A stretch of DNA of 64,000 bases from an uncultured Gammaproteobacteria bacterium (GTDB taxonomy: Bacteria > Pseudomonadota > Gammaproteobacteria > SZUA-229). Both the position numbers and the translations under genes were made by a program. Each line of letters starts with the position of its first letter. Position 1 is the first letter of the stretch. The stretch covers positions 15,117 to 79,116 of the forward strand of contig CAJXZZ010000001.1 in NCBI GenBank assembly GCA_913065105.1, given 5' to 3'. The notes below the pieces were generated by a model. It made no database searches. It worked only from the letters and a program-made list of their open reading frames with translations, and had not been told where the DNA came from. This document shows, in pieces, positions 48,209 through 58,744 of the stretch.

Positions 48209-50155
48209 ATGCCTACGATTGATCGCCGTACTTTTCTGAAACTAATGGGATTAAGCGCAACAGCTAGCAGCGCTGCCGTTTTATCTGCCTGCAGTGACAA
48301 TGCGCCACCAGCACCAATACCAGCAGCGGTTGTTCAGGACGCTACAAAAATTTCAGATGATTTTTATGACCTGCCCATACAAGGTAATGTGCGCATCCTG
48401 CATACCACTGACTTTCATGGTCAGTTACAACCTGTTTATTTCAGAGAGCCTAATGTAAACCTGGGTGTTGGTGATGCATTTGGTCGCCCGCCTCACCTGG
48501 TCGGCAACAAACTGCTAACAGCGATGAATTTAAAACCAAACACACCTGAATCATACGCTTTCACCTATCTAGATTTTGAAAATGCCGCCGCCAAATACGG
48601 AAAAACAGGTGGTTTCCCACAGATGAAAACCCTGTTAGACCGTATGCGTAAACAGGCCGGTGGTCGCCAGAACACGGTAACCATAGATGGTGGTGATTTA
48701 TGGCAGGGTTCAGGCACATCTTTATGGACACGCGGTGTCGACATGGTGGAAGCCTCAAACATCCTGGGCATCGATGTCATGGTCGGTCACTGGGAGTTTA
48801 CCTATAATGAAAGTGAAGTATTAAGCAACGTTGCCCTCTTCAAAGGTGATTTCATCGGTCAGAATGTTCGTGTTAAAGAAGATTCCTTGATGGATGAAAA
48901 ATATACCGAACTGGTCGATGCCAACGAAGGCCGCGGTCTGTTCGATGAAGATGAAGGTTACGCCTTTCAGCCTTATGTCATTAAAGAAATCAATGGTGCA
49001 AAAATTTGTATCGTTGGTCAGGCTTTCCCGCGTACAGGTAATGCCAATCCACCTGAATTCTTCCCTGACTGGTCATTTGGACTACGTGAAGATGACATGA
49101 TCGAACTGGTAGAAAGAATTCGTGAAGAAGAAAAACCTGATGCCATCGTACTGTTATCTCACAATGGTATGGATGTCGACGTCAAAATGGCGGAACGCGT
49201 TCCTGGTCTAAATGCAGTATTCGGTGGTCATACACATGACGGCGTACCAAGACCTGTCAAAGTGAAAAACGTTGAAGGTCATGACTGCTGGGTAACTAAT
49301 GCTGGCTCTAACGGTAAATTCCTCGGTGTTATGGATTTTAACATCGTGGAAGGAAAAATTAAGAGCATGCATTACAACATGCTACCGGTTATTTCAGATG
49401 CACTGCCCGCTGACAAAGAGATGCAGGCTTATATCGACCAGATGCGCACGACTGTATATGACGAAAATATTATCGAAAGCCGTGTCGAAAAAATGCATTA
49501 CAACAAGTCTCGTGTTGGCAAGACCTTTGCCTCTATCCTTGATGAAAAACTCGCCATCGCTGATCGACTACTTTACCGTCGTGGTAATTTCATGGGTACC
49601 TGGGATCAGGTTCTCTGTAACGCCTTACGTGAAGAATATAGTGCCGATGTTGCTATGTCTGCAGGTGTGCGTTGGGGTACAACCACACTGAAAGGTGACT
49701 GGATTACGATGGAAGATGTCATGACTCAATGTGCATTAACCTACGGTGAAACTTATGTTTCAGAAATGTCAGGCAAAAACTTAATGAACATTCTTGAGCA
49801 AGTCGCTGACAACCTGTTCGATCCTGACCCGTATTTACAGTCAGGTGGTGACATGGTTCGTATTGGTGGCATGGACTACACCATAGACCCTTCCAAACCT
49901 CTTTATGAACGCATCACAGATGCGCGTCTGGATTCCGGTCACTTAATAGAAGCCGATAAGATGTATAAAGTTGCCGGATGGGCACAGGTTAACCGTACCC
50001 CTGAAGGTCGCCTGATGTGGGATGTTGTTCATGATCACATCGTTAAAAACAGAGGCAAGGATAATATATTGCATATCCCTAAGATCAATCATCCTAAACT
50101 GATTAGTGTTGTAAATAATCCAGGCATCGCGGATTATCCAGGTGAAGCAAGTTAA
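48209..50155 (+). CDS. soxB: Thiosulfohydrolase SoxB (Tat-exported, predicted lipoprotein)
   Basis: RRTFLK Tat motif; D.HGQL.PVYFREPNVNLG, DGGD.WQGSG, GHWEF, LSHNG, GGHTHD, LYRRGNF.GTWD, G.RWG, DNLF.PDPY.Q.GGDMVR. Confidence 0.93.
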   Translation: MPTIDRRTFLKLMGLSATASSAAVLSACSDNAPPAPIPAAVVQDATKISDDFYDLPIQGNVRILHTTDFHGQLQPVYFREPNVNLGVGDAFGRPPHLVGNKLLTAMNLKPNTPESYAFTYLDFENAAAKYGKTGGFPQMKTLLDRMRKQAGGRQNTVTIDGGDLWQGSGTSLWTRGVDMVEASNILGIDVMVGHWEFTYNESEVLSNVALFKGDFIGQNVRVKEDSLMDEKYTELVDANEGRGLFDEDEGYAFQPYVIKEINGAKICIVGQAFPRTGNANPPEFFPDWSFGLREDDMIELVERIREEEKPDAIVLLSHNGMDVDVKMAERVPGLNAVFGGHTHDGVPRPVKVKNVEGHDCWVTNAGSNGKFLGVMDFNIVEGKIKSMHYNMLPVISDALPADKEMQAYIDQMRTTVYDENIIESRVEKMHYNKSRVGKTFASILDEKLAIADRLLYRRGNFMGTWDQVLCNALREEYSADVAMSAGVRWGTTTLKGDWITMEDVMTQCALTYGETYVSEMSGKNLMNILEQVADNLFDPDPYLQSGGDMVRIGGMDYTIDPSKPLYERITDARLDSGHLIEADKMYKVAGWAQVNRTPEGRLMWDVVHDHIVKNRGKDNILHIPKINHPKLISVVNNPGIADYPGEAS

Positions 50156-50181
50156 TTTACTCAATTAATTAAGCCAGACCT

Positions 50182-50218
50182 AAAAAAGCCTCGTAGAGAA
50201 ATCTATGAGGCTTTTTTT
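50182..50218. terminator. Bidirectional intrinsic terminator between convergent soxB and msrQ
   Basis: AAAAAAGCCTCGTAGA-GAAA-TCTATGAGGCTTTTTTT; overlaps the msrQ stop codon. Confidence 0.75.
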
Positions 50219-50820
50219 CTGTTAAATATTTTTCTGTCATATACGGCACGTGACAACATCAACGCAAGAAATATAAAGGTATAGATCAGTGGCTCTGAAT
50301 AATCAGCCTTTAATGACCAGATAAAATGTATAACCACCAGCATGGGAATAACATAAACCAATTTATGCAGCTTAAGCCATTTCTTTTTTAACCGTCTCTG
50401 CATAGCGTTCGTTGATGTTAGTACCAATGGAATCAATAATACTAATGATACGAAACCAATGGTTATAAACGGACGTTTAGGAATATCGATAAGTATTTCA
50501 TTCCAGTCAAAAAACTGATCGAACCAGATGTACGTCATGAAGTGCAAAACTGCGTAAAAAAAAGCAAACAGACCGAACATGCGACGAAGTTTAATCAACC
50601 AGTTTATCTTCAGCAGTCGTCTCAATGGTGTGACGCACAAACCGATCAACAAAAACCGCAGCGCCCACTGCCCGGTTTCATGCGTTAATGTTTCAACGGG
50701 ATTAACACCAAGGTTTTCGTTCACAGTCGCTAGAATCAAAAATATAAAGGGCGTTAAAGATAATAAAAAAACTATCGGCTTTATCAAATAGTTTATTTTT
50801 TTATTTGAAAGATTATTCAA
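50203..50820 (-). CDS. msrQ: Protein-methionine-sulfoxide reductase heme-binding subunit
   Basis: NPVE.L.H.TG.WAL, TPLR, RRM.GL..FFY..LH, KRPFI..G, LH.LVY. Confidence 0.93.
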   Translation of the reverse strand: MNNLSNKKINYLIKPIVFLLSLTPFIFLILATVNENLGVNPVETLTHETGQWALRFLLIGLCVTPLRRLLKINWLIKLRRMFGLFAFFYAVLHFMTYIWFDQFFDWNEILIDIPKRPFITIGFVSLVLLIPLVLTSTNAMQRRLKKKWLKLHKLVYVIPMLVVIHFIWSLKADYSEPLIYTFIFLALMLSRAVYDRKIFNRKKAS

Positions 50821-50824
50821 AGCG

Positions 50825-51775
50825 CTAAAAATATTTATTTAGATCCATACCGTCATACAGATGTGCAACCTGTTTTGCATAACCATTAAAGATCTGTGTA
50901 TCACGTTTGGCTTGCCAGAAAGGAAGGCCGATAACCCGCTCTTTTTTCTGACTCCAGCGAGGGTGGTCTACCGTTGGGTTCACATTCGAATAAAAACCGT
51001 ATTCTTTAGGAGCCGTTACATTCCATGTTGTTTGTGGCTGGGTTTCAGTAAAGCGAATTTTGACAATTGATTTTATACTTTTGTAACCATACTTCCACGG
51101 AACAACCAGGCGAATAGGCGCACCGTTCTGGTTAGGCAATACCTCGCCATACAAACCTACAGCCATAAAAGGCAATTCATTCATAGCTTCATCAATACGC
51201 AAACCTTCTGTATATGGCCAGCGTAAGACACGACGCTTTTGTCCAGGCATTCTGGATTCATCGAGTAACGTGGTGAATTCAACGTATTTTGCTTTTGATG
51301 TGGGTTCAAAGCCTTTCAGCATATCGGCAAGTGAGAAACCCACCCAGGGAATAACCATTGACCAGCCTTCGACACAACGTAAACGGTATATGCGCTCTTC
51401 TAGTACGGCTGGTTTTATAAAATCTTCAAGATCAAAAACACCTGGCTTTTCACATTCACCTTCGACCGTTATCGACCAGGGTCGAGGATTAAATTTTGTA
51501 GCGTTTTTATGCGGATCTTTCTTGGAGGTACCAAACTCATAAAAATTATTATAGGTAGTGATATCTTCAAAACTATTGAGCTTATCTGATGAACTATAAG
51601 GACTATGTTTCAATTCAGGCCACTTCTTCGCCCAAGCAGGTAACATGGCATCAGCCGTTAATAACACACTGGTTGCAACGGCCTGCTGCATAAATCTTCG
51701 TCTATCCAGATAGATTGATTTTGGTGTGATCTCTGAAGATTTTATAGTTGATGATTTCTGAATGATGATAGACAT
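50825..51775 (-). CDS. msrP: Protein-methionine-sulfoxide reductase catalytic molybdopterin subunit
   Basis: SEITP...Y.DRRRF Tat signal, [53 protein letters not shown]. Confidence 0.96.
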   Translation of the reverse strand: MSIIIQKSSTIKSSEITPKSIYLDRRRFMQQAVATSVLLTADAMLPAWAKKWPELKHSPYSSSDKLNSFEDITTYNNFYEFGTSKKDPHKNATKFNPRPWSITVEGECEKPGVFDLEDFIKPAVLEERIYRLRCVEGWSMVIPWVGFSLADMLKGFEPTSKAKYVEFTTLLDESRMPGQKRRVLRWPYTEGLRIDEAMNELPFMAVGLYGEVLPNQNGAPIRLVVPWKYGYKSIKSIVKIRFTETQPQTTWNVTAPKEYGFYSNVNPTVDHPRWSQKKERVIGLPFWQAKRDTQIFNGYAKQVAHLYDGMDLNKYF

Positions 51776-51887
51776 TACTACTCCGTTATTAAATACTGAC
51801 TGACTTATCAGAACATACGTAGGCAGTAATGGTTCAACCAGAATAACTCAATATAACAAATTTTATTGTAGTTATATCAGCAAAATA

Positions 51888-51926
51888 AAAAGTATCACGG
51901 AGATATGATAACTGCGTGATACTTTT
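51888..51926 (-). terminator. Putative purL terminator
   Basis: AAAAGTATCACG / CGTGATACTTTT 12-bp inverted repeat with a T-rich tail on the minus strand. Confidence 0.6.
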
Positions 51927-51954
51927 GTTATAAATGAACAACCAAAGAGGTAAA

Positions 51955-54900
51955 TTAACTAACCCAGGCACGCGCATTTCTAAATAATCGCATCCATGGT
52001 GCATCTTCCTGCCAGTCATCTGGATGCCATGAATGCTGTACGGTTCTGAATACACGCTCGGGGTGCGGCATCATAATCGTAGTGCGGCCATCATCGCTGC
52101 AAAAACCGGTTAGCCCTTCTGGCGAACCGTTTGGATTTAGCGGGTAGGCTTCTGTTGCCTGTGCGTTGTGGTCTACATAACGCATTATTGTTTGCACGCT
52201 TTCACGCTGCTCAGCTGATCTGTATTCTGCTCGACCTTCACCATGCGCAACAGCGATAGGCATGAAGGAACCGGCCATACCCTGCATTAATATCGATGGT
52301 GACTCCATAACTTCGACCATACTAAAACGGCCTTCAAACTGTTCGGAATTGTTGCGCACAAAGTGTGGCCAGTGCTGCGCACCTGGAATCAGAGATTTCA
52401 CATTCGCCATCATCTGACAGCCATTACAGACACCCAGACTAAAGGTATCATCACGATTAAAGTATGTCTCAAAAACATCACGTGCACGGGAGTTAAACAA
52501 GATTGATTTCGCCCAGCCTTCACCTGCACCCAATACGTCACCGTATGAGAAACCACCACAGGCAACCAGACCTTTGAATCTTTCAAAATCGATATCTCCG
52601 CTAATGATGTCACTCATGTGAACATCGACAGCATCAAAACCAGCGCGATCAAATGCTGCGGCCATTTCTATCTGGCCATTAACACCCTGCTCTCGTAATA
52701 CAGCGATAGCTGGTTTTACCCCTGTTTTAATATATGGTGCAGCCACATCTTCATCGGCATCAAAGCTCAAATTAACATTTAAGCCTTTGTCATTCTGCGT
52801 GATAGCATCGAACTCCTGCTGTGCACATTCAGGGTTATCACGCAGACGTTGCATGTGATAACTGGTTTCACTCCATGCCCGTTGTAATGACTCCCGTGAT
52901 GCGGAAAAAACAGGGAAACCATTATTATTTATGGTGATCTGGTCATCTTCATAGATACGTCCCAGTTCATGTAGACAATCAGCCAGCCCGACCTCGTCAA
53001 AAGCTGCTTCGATAACTTCCAGATCATCACAACGAATCTGTATGACACCGCCGACTTCTTCATTAAACAGAGCGGACACCACATCACTTTCACTGTCTTG
53101 CAACAGCGAATCAAGCTGAATATTTAAACCACAATGGCCGGCAAAAGACATTTCACAAAGACAGGCAAATAGACCACCATCGGAGCGATCATGCCATGCA
53201 ATAATTTTGCCTTCGCTGTTTAATTGCTGGAAAACATCAAAGAATGATTTTAACTGTGCGCCATCATCAACATCGGGCGGCACGTCACTGACCTGCTTAC
53301 AGGTCTGTGCTAACGCGGAACCTCCCAGACGGTTTTTACCATTACCTAGATCAATAAGTAATAAACCGGTGTTTTCAATATCGGTACGAATCTGCGGTGT
53401 TAAGGTCTTGCGTACATCGGTAACCGGGGCAAAGGCAGTAATGATTAATGACAATGGCGCAGTGACTGATTTGCTAGCACCCTCTTCTTGCCATACTGTT
53501 TTCATCGACATCGAATCTTTACCGACAGGAATGGTAAGACCCAGTTGCGGACAGATTTCCATACCAACCGTTTTCACTGTGTCATATAAAATAGCATCTT
53601 CACCCGGATGACCAGCGGGTGCCATCCAGTTTGCCGACAGTTTTATATCTGATATTTTTTCTATCGATGCGGCCATGATATTAGTCAATGATTCTGCAAT
53701 AGCCATGCGTGCTGATGCCGGTCCATTGAGCAGCGCCACAGGTGTGCGTTCACCTATCGCCATGGCTTCGCCGCAATAACTTTCAAAAGAACTTGTTGTT
53801 ACTGCAGCATCGGCCACCGGTATCTGCCAGGGGCCCACCATCTGATCACGTGTCACCATACCGGTAACCGTGCGGTCACCGATGGTTATCAGGAATGTTT
53901 TATTGGCGACCGACGGCAAGCGTAATACATTGAATGCGGCTTCGGTGATATCTATCGAATGGGTATCCAGCGGCGCATGTGTAACTTCAACATGTTTTAC
54001 ATCACGCAACATCTTTGGTGGTTTGCCTAACAGCACATCCAGTGGCATATCCACCGGATAGTTATCAAAATGCCTGTCGTGTACTTTCAAGGTTTTAGCC
54101 TCAGTGGTATCACCCAGGATGGCATATGGACAGCGCTCACGTTCACACAGTCTTTTAAAATCTTCGATACGCGCTGGGTCGATCGCAAGTACATAACGTT
54201 CCTGCGACTCATTACTCCATATCTGCATCGGTGTCATGCCGGGCTCATCATTATGGACTTCACGCAGCTCAAACTCAGCGCCACGGCCACCGTCATAGAC
54301 CAATTCGGGTAAAGCGTTCGACAGACCACCGGCGCCGACATCATGAATCGACAGGATTGGGTTGTTACCTATCTGAGACCAGCAACCATCGATCACTTCC
54401 TGACAGCGCCTTTCCATTTCAGGGTTGCCGCGTTGCACCGAAGCAAAATCAAGGTCCTCAGCACTGGCACCACTGTCCATCGATGAAGCCGCGCCGCCAC
54501 CCAGACCGATTAACATTGCAGGCCCACCCAGTACAACAATGGGGGTACCTACCGGCAGGCTAAGTTTTTCGATATCCGGTTCGCGAATATTGCCGTAACC
54601 ACCGGCCAACATGATCGGTTTGTGATAACCGCGAACTTCGTCACCTTCAGGTCCTGCTACTTTTTCTTCAAAGGTGCGGAAATAACCGGTTATGTTGGGG
54701 CGGCCGAATTCGTTATTGAATGCTGCTGAACCAATCGGGCCTTCGAGCATGATATCGAGTGCAGAAACAATGCGAGAGGGTTTACCGTAGTCGGTTTCCC
54801 ATGGCTGCGGATAGTCAGGAATCTTTAAATTCGAGACCGAAAATCCGCTCAGACCAACTTTTGGTTTCGAGCCACGACCGGTGGCACCTTCATCACGAAT

Positions 54901-55851
54901 TTCACCCCCAGCGCCAGTAGCTGCACCCGGGAAAGGTGAAATCGCGGTGGGATGATTATGCGTTTCAACCTTCATCAAAATGGCGATATGCTCATCATGA
55001 TAACTGTACTGATGAGTGTCACCATCGGGCATAAACCGTTTTGCTGTATGCGAAGCGATAACCGACGAGTTATCGCTGTAGGCACTTAACACATCGATGG
55101 AATGTGATTCATAGGTATTACGAATCATATTAAATAACGATCTATCCTGTTCTTCACCGTCGATGACCCAGTCTGCATTAAAAATCTTATGGCGACAATG
55201 CTCTGAGTTTGCCTGGGCGAACATCATCAGCTCTGCATCGACGGGATTACGTTGTTCCGAGATAAAATGCGCCATTAAATAGTCGATTTCATCTGCTGAC
55301 ATGGCGAGACCCAAACGCTGGTTTGCTTCGGTTAAAGCCTCAACACCCTGGTCGAGAATATCGATCGTCTCACCAGCTCTTGGTTCATGATGTTCAAATA
55401 AACAACTGGCCGCATCCATATCCTCAAGCACGATTTCGATCATGCGGTCATGCAGGCAGTCAGCAACAGTTTGTTGTTGCGTTTCACTTAACTGAAGGTC
55501 TTCCCTACACTGGACGTGATATGCAATGCCGCGTTCGATCCGGTTGATGCCTTTCAAACTGCAGTTATGTGCAATATCGGTCGCTTTTGACGACCAGGGT
55601 GAGATGGTGCCGGCACGCGGTACAACAAGGAAGAGTTTGCCCTCACTTGAGGTCTCTGCTACATGTGGGCCATAACGAAGCAACTTTTCCAGAACCGAGA
55701 TCTCGTCTTCGCTGAGCTGATTATGTGCATCAACAAAATGCACAAAGTGTGCAGTCAGTTGAGACACTTCAGGTAAGGTCGACTGAAGTAAATTGAGTAA
55801 TTTTTCCTGACGAAAAGTTGATAACGCGGGTGAGCCAATGAATATCTGCAT
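51955..55851 (-). CDS. purL: Phosphoribosylformylglycinamidine synthase (large type)
   Basis: [62 protein letters not shown]; start placed at MQIF (55851). Confidence 0.97.
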   Translation of the reverse strand: MQIFIGSPALSTFRQEKLLNLLQSTLPEVSQLTAHFVHFVDAHNQLSEDEISVLEKLLRYGPHVAETSSEGKLFLVVPRAGTISPWSSKATDIAHNCSLKGINRIERGIAYHVQCREDLQLSETQQQTVADCLHDRMIEIVLEDMDAASCLFEHHEPRAGETIDILDQGVEALTEANQRLGLAMSADEIDYLMAHFISEQRNPVDAELMMFAQANSEHCRHKIFNADWVIDGEEQDRSLFNMIRNTYESHSIDVLSAYSDNSSVIASHTAKRFMPDGDTHQYSYHDEHIAILMKVETHNHPTAISPFPGAATGAGGEIRDEGATGRGSKPKVGLSGFSVSNLKIPDYPQPWETDYGKPSRIVSALDIMLEGPIGSAAFNNEFGRPNITGYFRTFEEKVAGPEGDEVRGYHKPIMLAGGYGNIREPDIEKLSLPVGTPIVVLGGPAMLIGLGGGAASSMDSGASAEDLDFASVQRGNPEMERRCQEVIDGCWSQIGNNPILSIHDVGAGGLSNALPELVYDGGRGAEFELREVHNDEPGMTPMQIWSNESQERYVLAIDPARIEDFKRLCERERCPYAILGDTTEAKTLKVHDRHFDNYPVDMPLDVLLGKPPKMLRDVKHVEVTHAPLDTHSIDITEAAFNVLRLPSVANKTFLITIGDRTVTGMVTRDQMVGPWQIPVADAAVTTSSFESYCGEAMAIGERTPVALLNGPASARMAIAESLTNIMAASIEKISDIKLSANWMAPAGHPGEDAILYDTVKTVGMEICPQLGLTIPVGKDSMSMKTVWQEEGASKSVTAPLSLIITAFAPVTDVRKTLTPQIRTDIENTGLLLIDLGNGKNRLGGSALAQTCKQVSDVPPDVDDGAQLKSFFDVFQQLNSEGKIIAWHDRSDGGLFACLCEMSFAGHCGLNIQLDSLLQDSESDVVSALFNEEVGGVIQIRCDDLEVIEAAFDEVGLADCLHELGRIYEDDQITINNNGFPVFSASRESLQRAWSETSYHMQRLRDNPECAQQEFDAITQNDKGLNVNLSFDADEDVAAPYIKTGVKPAIAVLREQGVNGQIEMAAAFDRAGFDAVDVHMSDIISGDIDFERFKGLVACGGFSYGDVLGAGEGWAKSILFNSRARDVFETYFNRDDTFSLGVCNGCQMMANVKSLIPGAQHWPHFVRNNSEQFEGRFSMVEVMESPSILMQGMAGSFMPIAVAHGEGRAEYRSAEQRESVQTIMRYVDHNAQATEAYPLNPNGSPEGLTGFCSDDGRTTIMMPHPERVFRTVQHSWHPDDWQEDAPWMRLFRNARAWVS

Positions 55852-56101
55852 TTTTAGGTCTGTATTAGGATGATAATATACAAGCAATGTAAGGCTAAAA
55901 AGATGCTAAAGCCTGACAAAATTTAAAGCAGAATATTACCCTGAATCGTTCACCAAGTCGCCCTCTGCTTTGAGGATAGCGGGATTTTTTCCACGACCAG
56001 TACTTGTAATTCAGACGTTTGCACATATGTTAAGTTTACGGTGTGAAAATACCGTATAATATCGATAGAACTTGACCGTTCTATTTTAGATACACCCTTC
56101 A

Positions 56102-56463
56102 GGGGATGACATGGCTTCGACGTGGGTAATGAAACCTGAGGTGCATGCAGAGGTGTGAAATTCCTCTTAAAACCGTTCACAAAACTTATAGTTGCCAACG
56201 ACGACAACTACGCTTTAGCAGCTTAAACCCCTGCTCATAGCCCTCGGCCTAATGTGCGCTTACACGCTTAGATAACCGGGGTCGACTCATGTAAGATCGC
56301 GATGAAGCTTCTTCCTGGGTGGATTCGTTAAAACTTACAGGAATCGCTCTGTATTTTCCCTGTTCGTCGGGTAATACAAAGTTAAACTAATAGACGGAAT
56401 AAGCATGTAGAGCCGATGGCGGAGTGCTTGCGGACGTGGGTTCGATTCCCACCATCTCCACCA
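56102..56463 (+). ncRNA. ssrA: tmRNA (one-piece), tag peptide ANDDNYALAA
   Basis: 5' GGGGATG pairs with 3' CATCTCC-ACCA and has the G3:U pair; T-arm GTGGGTTCGATTCCCAC; tag frame GCCAACGACGACAACTACGCTTTAGCAGCTTAA at 56194-56226. Confidence 0.97.
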
Positions 56464-56468
56464 ATAAC

Positions 56469-56500
56469 AAAGGTCAGCCGTTTTTCGGTTGACCTTTTTT
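56469..56500 (+). terminator. ssrA intrinsic terminator
   Basis: AAAGGTCAGCCG-TTTTT-CGGTTGACCTTTTTT; the stem can extend to pair TATTGGTGG with the tmRNA 3' end. Confidence 0.8.
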
Positions 56501-56533
56501 ATTGGTGGATCTGGTATTGAATTTAAGACGCTA

Positions 56534-56730
56534 CGGGTTCAAAAAATTGTCTGGAACAATTTTTAACGTGTGCTTTTTACACGGCCCCGAAGGCACCTAC
56601 ATGGATATAGGATGGTAGAGCAACGCATATGTACAGGAAGTACGGTATTAGGGTAACGCAGGACGCAGTTACCGAGGAGAAATTGCCGAGGTGAGTCTCA
56701 TGGATGAGGCGAATACTTCCCGCCATCTCC
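56534..56730 (+). repeat. Duplicated tmRNA 3' end with a three-level nested insertion in its T-loop
   Basis: CGGGTTC (56534-40) and TTCCCGCCATCTCC (56717-30) mimic GTGGGTTCGATTCCCACCATCTCC. Between them lies the same AAATTGTCTGGAACAATTT element as at 8461, itself interrupted by two further modules. Confidence 0.85.
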
Positions 56731-58185
56731 TCATTTAACGCCGTCAAATTTTTCCTTGCCAAAGTGTTCAAGTAATAAACCATCATAATTCCTTATTCGT
56801 GTCACATAGCGTACCGGCTCATTTCCGCGCGCATAACCATAACGTAGGTCTTTATAATATTTTTTCTGACTTAACAATGGCAATATCTCTTTCATTTCTG
56901 CCCAATGGTCAGGGTTTTTATTCATCTTTCTAGCCAAAGATTGCGCGTCACGGAAATGGCCGCGGCCAACATTGTATGCCGCCAAAGCAAGCCAGCTACG
57001 ATCTGGTTCGCTTACCTCTGCCACCATTTTTTTCATCTTTGCCTGAAATTTTGCACCCGCATAAATATTTTGTTTAGCATCCAGTCGATTAGTCACGCCC
57101 AGTGATTTCGCTACCGGTTGTGTCAGCATCATAATGCCGCGCACTCCTGTCGGGCTTTTTGCTTTAGTGTTCCAATGTGATTCCTGATAACTTTGAGCAG
57201 CAAGTAAAGAAGGTTCAATGCTATTTTTATTTGCAGCATCAATAAAAAAATCTTTATATTTAGGTAAGCGCGTTGTTACTCTTGATAAGAATTTGTGTGT
57301 ATCCACATAATCAAAAACCTCGACGTAACCATAATATTTTTCTAACATACGTGCTAGACCATAATCTTCTTCATAGTGATCAAACCAGTCATTAATGGCC
57401 TGTTTCAGCTTGCCATTTTGCTTATTTATCATCCATGCCAGTTCAGTGTCTTCAGCAAAAACGTATTTATTTTGTATCTCGGTATGGTATCGGCGCTCTA
57501 TCGCGTACAAAGTAGAATCGCTAATAGTGCATTCAATTTTTTTATCCGCGACCTGCTCCAACAGATCTGAAGTGCTACTATTGTTATCTTCTGTCCACGA
57601 TACACCCGCGTAGGATTTTATTGACTGGATATAACTGCTATCGGCAGTAACTATAATCTCGAGAGTTTTTAATTCTTCTTTAGTTTTTACGCTTTTTTTA
57701 CTTCGGTGGCAGACCAGATACTCATTCGTGGTTTGGTAGACCGGCCCAAAATCGAATTCTTTTTTTCGATTATCATTAACAGTTAGACTTGCTGCAGCGA
57801 TATCGCCTTCATTATTACGTAACGCTTCTATTAGTGCTTTAGTTGAATCATAAACTTTATATTCAACATCAACCTGTAGCCTTTTTGCAAATGATTGCAT
57901 CATATCGTACTCAGGTCCGGTTATTTCATTATCACGATTGTAATAATAAGTAGTCGGTGAATTTGTGGTTAAAACGATCAACTTACCACGCTGCACAATT
58001 TTTTCTAAGAGCGCAGATGCTAGTAAATTATCACGGCTTTCCTGAATACCAGAATTAGGCAGGATGGTTGAAATGACTGATTTCTCATCGACTTGATCGC
58101 ACGCATTTATCAATAGCGTCATCACAAACAATAATATTATTTGTCTGCTTTTGCTACAGAATACTTTATGAGTAATAGAAACCAA
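56731..58185 (-). CDS. mltF: Membrane-bound lytic murein transglycosylase F
   Basis: SBP-like N-domain (RG.L.V.T.NSPTTYY, G.EYD); SLT domain LAA.SYQESHW, SPTGVRG.MMLT, ALAAYNVG.GH, YGYARG.EPV.YV. Confidence 0.93.
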   Translation of the reverse strand: MVSITHKVFCSKSRQIILLFVMTLLINACDQVDEKSVISTILPNSGIQESRDNLLASALLEKIVQRGKLIVLTTNSPTTYYYNRDNEITGPEYDMMQSFAKRLQVDVEYKVYDSTKALIEALRNNEGDIAAASLTVNDNRKKEFDFGPVYQTTNEYLVCHRSKKSVKTKEELKTLEIIVTADSSYIQSIKSYAGVSWTEDNNSSTSDLLEQVADKKIECTISDSTLYAIERRYHTEIQNKYVFAEDTELAWMINKQNGKLKQAINDWFDHYEEDYGLARMLEKYYGYVEVFDYVDTHKFLSRVTTRLPKYKDFFIDAANKNSIEPSLLAAQSYQESHWNTKAKSPTGVRGIMMLTQPVAKSLGVTNRLDAKQNIYAGAKFQAKMKKMVAEVSEPDRSWLALAAYNVGRGHFRDAQSLARKMNKNPDHWAEMKEILPLLSQKKYYKDLRYGYARGNEPVRYVTRIRNYDGLLLEHFGKEKFDGVK

Positions 58186-58352
58186 TATACGTACCCGATC
58201 AGTTCATTGTTATGTAAGAGGAAACTGTTTTTATCACATATAGTTAATATAACTGAATAACAACATGAAATAAATTTAATGGATGTGACAATAGCATATA
58301 ATACGAACGTAAATAATAAGACACATTTTAACGAAGACCAAACTAGTAAAAA

Positions 58353-58712
58353 ATGAATAACATAGAAAAAATACTACAGCAGGTCAAAAACAACCCTGAG
58401 ACAGTTGAATTTAAAGACGTTATCAATGCTATTGATGAAAGTTATGATTACGAACCCACTCGTTTTACCAATGGCTCGCAAAATGAAAAAGTAATCAATC
58501 ATGCTGGAGAAAATGAGGGTTCATGCAAAATATTTTCATTTGCAAAACTAAATAACCTCAACGTCGAACAGACACTGAACTGTTTTGGACACTATTATCG
58601 TGATGAAGTATTAAACCATCCTGAACGTTCAGACCATCAAAACATAAGAGCATTTATCAAATACGGTTGGGAACAGTTAGAGTTTGAGGGGTCCGCACTT
58701 AAAGAAAAATAA
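58353..58712 (+). CDS. HopJ-family protein (conserved small protein; effector role not implied)
   Basis: F.D....ID..Y...PT.F.NG, N.AGENEGSCKIF.FA, FG.YYR.EVL..P...DHQNIR.F...GW. Confidence 0.85.
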   Translation: MNNIEKILQQVKNNPETVEFKDVINAIDESYDYEPTRFTNGSQNEKVINHAGENEGSCKIFSFAKLNNLNVEQTLNCFGHYYRDEVLNHPERSDHQNIRAFIKYGWEQLEFEGSALKEK

Positions 58713-58744
58713 GAGCATTAGCGTCACCTTGTGGTTGCTTGTGA

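Noticed and set aside
55950-56207. 85-aa minus-strand ORF
   Set aside because: Antisense to the tmRNA 5' half; a shadow ORF.
56577-56786. 69-aa minus-strand ORF across the nested repeat
   Set aside because: Overlaps the mltF end out of frame and runs through repeat DNA; no transposase or nuclease motifs.
58353-58712. HopJ family as evidence of a type III secretion / pathogenicity locus
   Set aside because: The family is widespread in non-pathogens and no T3SS genes are present in the window.
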